A stretch of DNA of 63,722 bases, the filler included, from Phoronis australis (taxonomy: Eukaryota > Animalia > Phoronida): assembly GCA_002633005.1 (NCBI GenBank). It is 8 parts of 8 records of this genome, joined end to end, with 100 filler letters (N's around TTAATTAATTAA, not from the genome) between each part and the next. Parts side by side here need not be neighbours in the genome. Positions count along the whole stretch, not along the records: positions 49,095 to 62,348 come from NMRA01000119.1; positions 62,449 to 63,722 come from NMRA01002357.1; 6 more parts are not named here. One strand, 5' to 3'. Each line of letters begins with the position of its first letter. The stretch's first letter is position 1. The notes beneath the pieces are model-generated. The model worked only from the letters and a program-made list of their open reading frames with translations. It ran no database searches and had not been told where the DNA came from. This document shows positions 53,096-63,722 of this stretch, in pieces. The translations under genes were made by a program, and so were the position numbers.

Positions 53096-54953
53096 TTAGT
53101 CCTCATCTGAGTTACATCTGTGGCACACAAAGGAGGACGCCATGGCATCGTCAGCGCATTCCTTATGGGCCCACTCTTTACACTCAATGCAGGGGACCAA
53201 TTTTTCTCTACTCCTGCTGTAAGAATATGGTTCTAAACAAACTAGGCTAAAACACTCCTGTTCAGACTCGCTGTCTGAAGATGGGGAGGGCAGTTTTCTC
53301 TTATTTTTGTTTTGTTTTGGTTTTGTGTCAACAGAACGCTTTCTCGCAGGTTTCTTCTTTCGCTTGGCCTGCTCTTCTCCAAGGGCCTCTTTCTCTGGTG
53401 TCGGTGAGAATGGCGAATTTTCTCCGTTTTCTGTTTCCACCTGCAGTTTTGCACGGTGGAGCTGTTGGGTGTCGTCTCACTGCTTGTGGCGAAAAGGACT
53501 CGTTTCCTTGAATATCGGCAATCACGAGCTACTGAACACTTGAATGTGATTCCAGGGATTGCTCAGGTTGGGCAGGTGATTCCGGGGTTTTAAAAATTGC
53601 CCCATCGTAATGAGCATTAACGCCTGAGCCTCGTAACTTGAAGTGAGATAACGGTGCTCTTTGTGTCGACACCCGATCGGCCTGGTGGCAGTTTAACTTT
53701 ATTTACCTTGCCAGCTACGCCAGTGAGAACAACAACTTTCATTTGCAATGCGTTGCACAGAGCATTGAGAAACATGTCGCATGTGCTATTCTCGTATTGT
53801 CTGTCTTTTATATATATTTCGACCGCTTCCGCTGCATCCAAGTCATCACAAGCAAATTGCTGGTAGTAGCTTGGTGGTTTTTCATCTTATCATCAAGAAG
53901 TTAAGCTATTTCGTCATTACTATGGGTGCCTGCGCCAGTTGCGTGCAGTGATGAACTCAGAGCCTAGAGCAAGCAATGGCCGTTTCCATGTGCTGGAATA
54001 ACCGATATACCGTGGTCATTCAAATACCGATTAAATTTATCAACAACAGGCATGGCAGTTGATGTTGTTGGGGGACTGACAGGATCAGGAAAGGGTCTAT
54101 CAGTGCATAGGCGGATTTAGGGGGGAAGGCCCCCCCCTTGGCTGACTCAAAAAAATAAAACAGCAAAGGCGTTGGGAAATGTTGAGTTTATTAATTAACC
54201 CCGGTAATTAAAATTATACGGATGAAACAACATTTAAATGTGTGCAGTTTTAGTGTTTGGGGGGGGCTCAGATCCAATTTCAAGTGTCAAATTCGGAACA
54301 CGGCTTATTCGTAACGGAACTATGGCTAAGTATAGGCTCTCCCGCGATATCCCAGGCGACCGGCAGTGGCGCTGCGCACTACGACTCCGTTTTAGTCGTC
54401 TGCTCCACTGTGCAATGAAGAAAATTTACTTCATTTTTTAAAGAAAATGGAACCTGAGTGACGTTGAAAAAACAGAAGCTAGGTCCCAGCATCTGCAGTG
54501 ACTGATACTGATGGTAGAAAATCTTCGTCTCTAAAGATGTTAGGATTGTGCGGATAGATCTCAACTTTTGAAACCCGCTGGAAATATTAGAAATGTTTAA
54601 AGTTTCCTTCCATGGTTTGCATATTATTGACGCCATGTCATATATGGTTTTTGGTTTTCCTGGGTTGTTTCTCAAGTAATTAGCTTGAGACATAGATATT
54701 CGTTTTTTCAATGGTCCAAAAATAGACATGTCGAGCGGTTGAAGTCGATGTGAGCAGTGGGGTGGGAAAGATAGCATGACATTCCCGTTTTTTGCGACGT
54801 GCAAGGCGTTGATGGGTAGATGTGAATCGTAGTTATCCAGAAGAATGAGTGGTTTGACATTTTCAATGAAATGCAGAAGAAACATGGTGAAGTTGTCAAC
54901 TGCCATCCAGCCTGATGGATTAGCGGTCCCTTTTGAGCCAGCAGATGCTGCAT
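53096..54953 (-). pseudogene. Transposase pseudogene (N-terminal HTH region missing; frameshifts, stops, MITE insertion)
   Basis: Reconstructed across frames from DDE to PHD stop at 53096. Confidence 0.85.
54106..54495 (+). mobile_element. cataggcggatt-family insertion in the transposase, 5-bp TSD CAGTG
   Basis: cagtg at 54101-54105 and 54496-54500; removal restores PSVSVTDRP. Confidence 0.85.
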
Positions 54954-55849
54954 TTATAAGGCTGGTATTCCTAATTATGCACTCGAGGCTAAATCAAACA
55001 AATGATAATTAAAACTTGATATTTTATTTGTTCAAGACCAGACGATACAGTCATATACCCCGTAAATGTAGATCACAAGCCAGACGGCTTACTTTTAACC
55101 CGTTCTGGCTTCGCATCAGACATAGAGTAAAATATTTTCACATTTTTAGTGCCCACAGTATTTACGTTAACTAATCACATGTTCTGTTCACAAACATACA
55201 AAATGACAATGCGCTACCAAAGGAACATTTTTAAGACGAGTTTGTGCAATTTTATGATGAATACTACTCATTAAATTTCCTGAAAAGAAAATTATTGATG
55301 ATATATCAAGTAAAGTGAACGGGGCAAGTTCGGCCCCTGGCCAGACTAGCCCCATGTCAAAGGGCCCAACTTGCCCCACTAGCTCTAAATGGAAAACACA
55401 CGTGATTACCTCATCACTTAGGAATGTGAAGAAACACATACCCTGCCTTGAAGAAAAAACTGTTGTTAAAACATTTTTACATCAATGCTCACGGCTTATG
55501 ACCAGCACTGTATCGAGTGAAGCTCCAAAATTTACTCACCTGGGTTAAAAACCAACCGTTGCCTCTCAGTTCAAGAAAAACACTCCGCCTTCGACCAGCG
55601 TGGTTTTAGTGTAGTGGTACAAGTCACGTGATTGCTCAAAATGACTGAGGCTGAAAGTGCGCGTATAATAGCCTAGTTTGGGGCGGTGGCCCAACTAGCC
55701 CCGGGGCCGAACTATCCCCGGTCTCCCCTATATTTGACTTCATCGTCTTGTTGGTATTAACTTTTCTGCTGGAATGGTGCCGTCGTTGTGGTTGAAATCT
55801 ATTGCAATCTCACAAAAATTCAGACAATGACGCTTTTATTCCTCTAAAT

Positions 55850-56520
55850 TAATGGGGAATAAGTTTGCTGACTTACTTTACAGTCTGCCGAGTCTGATGA
55901 CTTGTTATTGGATGTACAGAGTGGTTTCAGAAAAACAGGTTGGCGTATTCGTCTTAGCATCCTTCATAAGAAATCTACTTTAATTAACAAATAATTAAGA
56001 TATATTTACTTGCTTTATTGACTTTCAAAAGGCATTCTTCTGGGTGGACTAAGACTTTCTTCTCCCGAAACTGCTTATTAGCAAGTTGTATTTTGTCATT
56101 AAGTCTCTCCTCTTAAATACTTCGGTGTACAGGATTCGTATACGCTTGAACATTATGAACACTTACTTTCCAACAACTAGTGATATACTGTGCGTTATGG
56201 AGATGTTCTGTCATTCCCTCTGTTTGGTATTTTTGAAAGACCCCACAACTTAACTAAAGTGCCAGTGTTGGGATCTAAACTAATACCAAGTTAAAGGTAA
56301 CTATTTTACAATATATTTGTAAGTGGGGAAAATGAGTTCAACCTGCATGTTATATTGAACAAAGTTCACCAAATGTGTATAAGCGGAAGTTGGTGCTTTA
56401 AAAAAATAAAACAAATATTGCACAGTATTAGAACTGACAAAACGGTCCCAGCTTCTAATGATCTGCTTAAACTTGGAGACAGATTTCTAAATGATAAGAC
56501 TACGAACAAATATCTGTAAG
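55850..56520 (+). pseudogene. LINE reverse transcriptase relic (clade uncertain)
   Basis: IFTCFIDFQKAFFWVD*DFLLPKL and VRYGDVLSFPLFGIF motifs. Confidence 0.7.
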
Positions 56521-56692
56521 CGTCGGTGCTGACACTTTGAGTAACCCAGGTAGTGGAGCACTCAGTATGGTTAAGTCAAAGTTCAAACCTGAAACATGTT
56601 GGTTTTTAAAATACCTTCAGCACAATGTATAGAGCGAAATTTGTGAAAAGTCCCAAAACCGTGACAGCTTGTCAGAAATGACTCATCACGTA

Positions 56693-56848
56693 CATTAGGT
56701 GGATTTAGGGGCGCCCAGGGGGTCCGTCCCTCCCCCTTGGCTGCCGCCAAAAAATAAAACAGGAAGATAGCAAGAGCGTGAGGAAATATTGAGTTACCAA
56801 TGTGTTGCCCCGTACCCCGGCCCTTATGGTATCCTAGATCCGCCACTG
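56693..56848. mobile_element. 156-bp MITE, 5-bp TSD ACGTA
   Basis: acgta|cattaggtggatttag...ctagatccgccactg|acgta. Confidence 0.85.
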
Positions 56849-59027
56849 ACGTAACAGAAAAGACTGACGATTAAGCGTGTTCCATACTAAACGTCATTTA
56901 CGCAATGATACGCCGCAAAATATGCGTAAAATGTAACAATTGCTACATTCTAGGAAATTGTTACATTTTACGGCGTATCAGCGCACATTTTAGCGCGTGC
57001 ACTCTGAGCGTGTTGACACGCAGCTTGGGATCGCAGTTATAACCAAATGACGGTGCCATAGACATAGTATTATGATGTCTATGGACGGTGCATTAGATGA
57101 TCCCAAATCGCAATATCTTTCACAAAATATAATGGATTGCTCCTTTTTCTATTTCGAGGGCCTCCTTAAAATCACTCCACAACGTTTTGGATAGAAACTG
57201 GTAATCTGACTGCCCTTACGAGTGATCGACGTACAACTGAAAGCCCAACAGACTCTTTTCATGAATTACTTAACGGATGTACTCCTTCCTTGAATTATTT
57301 TGCGCATGTATTTGTATATTAAAAAGACGTTCACACTCCCCGGCTACGCCTTGGTTAGTATCGCATTTTTGGCGTCTGAAAAAAAACACATTGACTTCGG
57401 CGAAAGTTAGTACTTGTATAATTCTGGGCTAGAAAATAGGCATGCCGATTACAAATTAGTGTAGTCAATCTCAATGCTGTAGAATATGAACTTCATTTTG
57501 TATGTCATTATACTTTATATAAAAATTTCCGAAGAACACTTTTCAATGACGCTAACGATTTTCCCGACAATCTTTTGATTTTTTGTTCCGATTTAAATAA
57601 TAAAAATTTTAATGGTTAATCTGTTCAGGCAGCTTTCTTACGAACAGTGCATTGTTTACTTATTTAATTGATAACAATGACTTGTAAGCACAGTGGGCTG
57701 GATGCTCATTGATTTTTTCAAACAGTGTGTAAATTATTTACACATGTCTAACACATGTCACTATAATAAATAAAATCATTCATTGTTATGCCAATGCCTT
57801 CAATTTCTGGTAAATTAGGATTAAAAATAGAAGATTCGTTTACCTCTTTGAGTGACTAAATTTTATTTTGAATTCCGGTGAACGTTTTTCAGAAAAAAAA
57901 TCTTCATAAACTTTACCACTTGTATGATGTTGGCATTTCTACTAATAATTCCAGGTGCAATTTATTGGATGTTCACAAATCTGACTCAATTCACTCAGTA
58001 AAGCACTTCATTCGGGATTAAAAAACGCTTGTATTCTGTTAAGATATACCGGCTCATTTGTCAACCAGCAGCTTCGTCGCACTGTCAGTACTTGAAGTCT
58101 CAAAGTTTCATCAATCTTCTTGGTAGAGCGTGGAAACAGTCAACAATTTCGTTATTCTTTAACCTTCTCAAATATAGCGGTTTCTTCCTCATCGTCACAT
58201 CGGTTTATCTGTAACACATTTTGAATATCACATTCACAGCCCAATGGAGGCATTTACACATTCATTGATTAGGCATGAAAATCGACAAACAAATTAGATA
58301 CACAAATTTCTTTTGCAACGATGTGAAGCTTGTTGTGAGAGTAGAGTTCCTCTTTTAGCATTTGACATATTTACAGCAACGCAAGCTAGTCAGAAACGAA
58401 ATACCAATTTGAAATTTGAGCACTCTGGTTTCCAAGAATTTCAGTTTTGAGGCCGACAGTTCTTTGCAAATATGCTTAACGAATCTGGGTAGAGTTAAGT
58501 AGACTCGAACGTCTCGCTAACGAAGCCAGTGTGACCACGTGCTTCGTTTGTAATATATAACGATATCACGCAAGGTTCCCGTCTCTACTGAAAGCTTGGC
58601 AATGCCTGGTTTTATTGTGTTGAGAACATGTTATTAATGAGAATAACGCACTATTTCGGCTGTAAATTTACCTATTACTGATTTCTATGCGGCGACTGAG
58701 GAATCTATTGCTTGGTGCAGATAGTCCTCAAAAATCCAAGATTGCAAACAAGCTCAAGAGCAAAGCGGATACGCGTTGATGCGCGCCCATCGTGTGCATC
58801 GCGCACAGCGCGCGGGTGGCAAGGGAGAAGGGGCCATCATGTTTAACCTTTCCACCAAAGGGGAGCACTATTAACAAACTTATAATAACCTCAAGGTCGT
58901 GTAAAGCAAGCTCTCTTCAATAGGAACACAGCTTGCCAACTTGTTTTCTGGCCGACTGGCGAGTAGTCATCGCAGTTCAGTTTTATTTTTTGTTTACACT
59001 GCCCGTCAGTCTCATTGAATAAATGTT

Positions 59028-59778
59028 TCTCGTTATTTTATTATTAATTTTTTAAAATTTATAAAAAGTGGGCGGACCTTCAGTCAAACCTCATTATTTA
59101 TGCGGGTTGCCAGTGGAGAGATTACCCATAATGCACACGAATCAGCTGACGGAAAAGAAATATGTCAAGCACAAGCAACCGAGGTAAGTTGTTTTGAGAC
59201 TTCTTGTCAGCTAACCAAGAAATTATAACGTACAAACATTTGGAAATCACAGCTTGATTCTTACTCGTGACAACAAGATTAATTTGTTCTGAACCTCGGT
59301 TTTGTGCTTCACGATTGAATGCGAGAACCCAGCCCAAAAAATCAAGGGGGCTCGAATTTTTGGTCCTCGTACTGTGTGCTACAGAGCTTACAGTGGACAA
59401 AAAAACTAGAAGGCAGCGTTTGCACAGGTCCCGCGACACTTGTGATCGGATCTGAGCCCCCCCTCACCGAAGGGGGGGGGGTGGCAGCGCCTATGAGTTT
59501 TTCCCATTCCTAAACCAGTAGATGATTTGACAAAATCTGATAGCCATACAGTGGTTGTCTTTGTACTTGTTAGCAAATAAATCCTACAATACAAATAAAA
59601 GTTATAAAAATTGTTCTCAATACTGTGAATGTAGTCAATGAATTACTCTCACTTTAGGGTTGAGTCAGTCGAATGAATAAAAGAAGGAATTGAGAGACCT
59701 ACGATGTCGCCAAGCAAGAACCCGAGTTTAGAATTTAGGCTACCAGAGTTCACTTCATTGGATCATGACCCAGCATCA
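59028..59778 (+). repeat. Copy 1 of a local duplication (copy 2 at 61180-62348)
   Basis: High identity by eye; copy 2 has ~410 extra bp. Confidence 0.9.
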
Positions 59779-60113
59779 TCGGAAGATCCATCATGGTGCC
59801 ATGTCACAGGTGTCAAGAAATGCCAATCAGAAATAAAACCGTGCTGTGGGCAGCAAGCTGCTAACTGTAAGTATTCACTAAACGGTTGTCTAAAATTTAA
59901 TCACTACAAAGTTTTTAGTACTGACTACATATATCAGTGGGAAACATTTTACAGACTCCTGTAGCTACTTTAGTTTTGAGTCTTCAATTGGTTTAACCAG
60001 ATATAGAACCATACAATTCAAATCACCTTTTGAAGAAAAAAAAAATATTTGGCCAAGAACTCAAATCAAATCTCAGTAGGAAATCCCACCCAAAACCAAC
60101 CAAATGTCAATTN

Positions 60114-60314
60114 CAGCGCAGCACTGTGGACAGCGCAGCACTGTGGACAGCGCTGTACTGTAGACAGCGCTGTACTGTAGACAGCGCAGTACTGTAGACA
60201 GCGCAGTACTGTAGACAGCGCAGTACTGTAGACAGCGCTGTACTGTAGACAGCACAGTACTGTAGACAGCACAGTACTGTAGACATCACAGTACTGTAGA
60301 TAGCACAGTACTGT
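60114..60314. repeat. 17-bp minisatellite (cagcgcagtactgtaga) ~12 copies
   Basis: Directly visible. Confidence 0.95.
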
Positions 60315-61179
60315 GAGGCAAGCCAGTGAAGTTGGCAATTTTCAAAAAAGAATTTTTAGTGCATTTTATAATATATTTAACTAATTTTAAACGGTTAGAA
60401 CTTGCACCAATAGCCTCTTAATCGGACTGGCTGCTGCTTGAAGTAGCCATTGTTTTGTTTACATCAAAGGTCATAGGTGACATTTTCAATATAAGGGAAA
60501 TGTCTACATATTGCTGTATCAAATAAAGAGACGTGCTTTGCATTGTGGGAGAGAAATGTACGACGTGACTTGCAGCTGAGAGATCGTTCATTTTAGAATT
60601 TGAAACTAAAAGGAAAATGCCTTGACATCAACAGAAATTCAAAATCTTTATGAACAAACCTTAAAAAATACCCGGTGAACGGGTTGAATTCTGTTTCAGT
60701 GACAGAAAACCACTTTGAAATATGCAATTTAGTTGCCTTTAGCGTTCCAGTGCCCAGTTGCATGAAACAGTCCCAAGTAGGGACTCGACTAATAAGTTCC
60801 CTAATTCCACGGATTAAGTTGATGGAGATTTGTACAGAATTGTGTATTGTTGATGTTTGACGGGAACAAAACACCAATAGTAAAGAATACGCTTGGGGAG
60901 CTGGAAGTAAACGATTACTAGATTATTTTGTATTTCTGAAAACCTCTTAGCCGATGTTGACTCCACAATAGAATTCGGATACCGGTCCAATTATTCAATG
61001 GTGACGATTTTCTTTGAAAGTACCGTTTCCAGTAGGAAGAAATCATTTAGGAAATTTAACAACTCTCTTAAAGTCACTATTTCCTTTACTTTCACCTGCT
61101 TAGATCACAAATTGAGCTCTCTCAATCGAAAGATATAACTAAAATTAACACTTTTCGTAAATTACAGCCATGTACATAC

Positions 61180-62348
61180 TCTCGTTATTTTACTATTAAT
61201 TTTTTAAAATTTATGAAAAGTGGGCGGACCTTCAGTCAAACCTCATTATTTATGCGGGTTGCCAGTGGAGAGATTACCCATAATGCTCACGAATCAGCTG
61301 ACGGAAAAGAAATATGTCAACTCAAGCACAAGCAACCGAGGTAAGTTGTTTTGAGACTTCTTGTCAGCTAACCAAGAAATCATAACGTACAAACATTTGG
61401 AAATCACAGCTTGATTCTTACTCGTGACAAGATTAATTTGTTCTGAACCTCGGTTCTCTCAACTACATGTATTGCTGTCGCTATTCAGAGTCATTCGAAG
61501 TCGACGTATCCGTGTAGGCCAAGGCTAGTGTCTTTCCTTGTGAGTTGTGTTTCAAACATGCAATCGAGTCTTTAGTGGTTCAAGACTTCGTCGAGCTTGG
61601 TTGTTAACGTTTCCTCTTCTGGGAGATTATGTACAACTCGGAGGTGCACAGTATCAGTTGCGAGAAATGATTTTCCTGACATTGTGATGTTCAATTTCCA
61701 GGCCCTGGGACTGGGTTTGCTATAGTATGCTATATAGTATATACTACATAGAGCACTGAACCTAGTGCATGGGATAGAAATGATTCCATGGCTGCATCTC
61801 TAAATTACAGAGTCGGATCTAGGATACCATAATTAAAGGGGCCCCAACATTTTGTCTTGGGCAATTGTGCTTCACGATTGAATGCGAGAACCCAGCCCGA
61901 AAAATCAAGGGGGCTCGAATTTTTGGTCCTCGTACTGTATACTACAGAGCTAACAGTGGACAAAAAAAAACGAGAAGGCATTTGCACAGGTCCCACGACA
62001 CATGTGATCGGATCTGAGCTCCCCTCAGCCAAGGGGGGGTGGCAGCGCCTATGAGTTTTTCCAAAACCCAATCCTAAACCAGTAGATGATTTGAATAAAA
62101 AATCTGATAGCCATACAATGGTTGTCTTTGTATATTGTTAGCAAATAAATCCTACAATACAAATAAAAGTTATAAAAATTGTTCTCAATACTGTGAATGT
62201 AGTCAATGAATTACTCTCACTTTAGGGCCGAGTCAGTCGAATGAATAAAAGAAGGAATTGAGAGACCTACGATGTCGCCAAGCAAGAACCCGAGTTTAGA
62301 ATTTAGGCTACCAGAGTTCACTTCATTGGATCATGACCCAGCACCATC
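61180..62348 (+). repeat. Copy 2 of the local duplication
   Basis: Matches 59028-59778 except for 61455-61865. Confidence 0.9.
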
Positions 62349-62448
62349 NNNNNNNNNNNNNNNNNNNNNNNNNNNNNNNNNNNNNNNNNNNNTTAATTAA
62401 TTAANNNNNNNNNNNNNNNNNNNNNNNNNNNNNNNNNNNNNNNNNNNN

Positions 62449-63085
62449 CCCCCTTACTGAAATCGTAGATCTGCCACTGGCTTCTCGCTTCAAATACACA
62501 CTTCTCGAGAGTGGCGACGGGGCACTGCCGAGAATCAACACAGACGGAATGACAACCTTCTTCAGACGTTGTTTCGCAGGGACCTTCATCAGTTCAGCGT
62601 ACAAATCCCTTTCGTAATCGGACGGCAGAAAGTGCTTGCCACACACACGGTAATTCTCCACTGCTTTGTACTTTGCGTGAACGGGTAACGCTGCGGTCTT
62701 CACATGAACGAGCCAAGTACGGCGAAGTGTGTCATCCATCGGAAAGCGATGCAAAGGTACTCCCAAAGCGCGCGTGAGCCGATAATTAGTATATCCTGGT
62801 ACGCAGCAACAGTGTGGCATATTGACTGACTAGTAAATGAAAGCAAACGACGACGGAACTTAACACAACCGAGGTAGAACAATGACTGACTCGGCAGCTC
62901 TCACAGTCAGACTATAGGAAAAGAAATTGGCGCGAAATGCTTGCCTCCTAAAATGTCACTTCCGAAAGAGCGGACGAGTAATTAATAAAATTACGAAAAG
63001 GTGTAATTAAGTGGAAAATATGTCTAGGATAACCAACCAACCTTATTTTAGCTCAAAATGACATGGAAAAAGGTTGCCTTCGCCT
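62449..63085 (-). mobile_element. Kolobok-like element 5' end with THAP-domain ORF (start 62820), cut by gap
   Basis: ttaa|aggcgaagg terminus on minus strand; MPHCCCVPGY...LHRFP...W...RVCGKHF...RLKKVVIPSV; second Cys replaced by Tyr. Confidence 0.75.
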
Positions 63086-63196
63086 TTAATTGCATGTACA
63101 TTACATTTTGTTTCTGTTTAAATTTGTTAATTAGATGACACTTTAGAATTGTCCGTCAGGTGCTGCTGCATGTAATTAATACATTAATCCTGTTAC

Positions 63197-63280
63197 CATT
63201 GGTGAATCATCTGTACACATAGGACCTTTCTCATCATCAGGAATCCATGAAGAGGTCTCTTGGCTACCACCTGTTTGCAC
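63197..63280 (-). CDS. Candidate orphan exon (VQTGGSQETSSWIPDDEKGPMCTDDSPM)
   Basis: catcaccag acceptor, ATG|gtaaca donor, 84 nt open, phase 0-0. Confidence 0.35.
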
Positions 63281-63722
63281 CTGGTGATGAATAAGTATAT
63301 ATGACAGAGCACGGGTACATGAAAACAAACTGCTTTATTTGGTTTTACTTCAGTTAAGAATTTGCTGACAGTGGGGCTATCCTACAGGTGTCCTATTCAG
63401 TTCAACCTGGCCTAGACTCCACAAAGCCTGTTCTCCTACTTTTAATACAGAAAAATCAAGTCAATCACATTGTGGATTTTAGGCACCACATATTTTAAAA
63501 TAACTTATGACAGCTAATGGTAAAAAGTCTGCCAACAAGCTGTTATGGTCAAACTTTGGACTGACACCTCATTGCAATTCATTTTAACTAAGAATACCGA
63601 ATCACATTTCACAGTCCAAGAAGAAACATATTGCGTGGCTATATAATATAGCAAACTGCAGGATTTTGTGATGCATTTCAGGTTTTGTCTACTAGCTGAA
63701 CGCTCCCTCTAAACATGTCACT

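Larger units (their letters stand above)
52627..55728 (-). mobile_element. pogo-like (DDE_1) DNA transposon, decayed; transposase DDE + OTU-like + PHD
   Basis: ta|ggggagacc TIRs, subterminal ggggcaagtt repeats; SGW...LILLDNYDSH...FPPHCSHRLQPLDMSIFGPLK DDE motifs; C-terminal CLVCLE/CIECKEWAHKECA/FVCHRC-type PHD. Confidence 0.9.

Overview
AT-rich eukaryotic (animal, probably marine invertebrate; inference) genomic DNA. It is stitched from at least 8 contigs by 100-bp N-linkers carrying TTAATTAATTAA, so adjacency across those gaps is not guaranteed. Most ORF-track entries are noise. Real coding signal is spliced: a minus-strand SNX17/27/31-like FERM-domain gene (7 frame-consistent exons, 18714-26711, one GC-AG intron, no convincing PX exon), three exons of MRTO4 (31754-33636), a signal-peptide first exon resembling large lipid transfer proteins (47412-47579), and a few orphan exons. 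The rest is dense, nested transposon debris: a Gypsy gag-protease relic split by a 2.9-kb hAT with an 8-bp TSD, THAP-bearing TTAA/AGG-ended (Kolobok-like) fragments, LINE RT relics, several MITE families and minisatellites. Two things stand out. (1) A decayed pogo-like transposon (52627-55728) whose transposase reads DDE - OTU-like cysteine protease - PHD finger. (2) A Helentron-type non-autonomous element (13531-15539) whose internal array carries same-orientation CTCF-like motifs every 145-161 bp. All family calls come from manual translation and motif recognition; no database searches were run.
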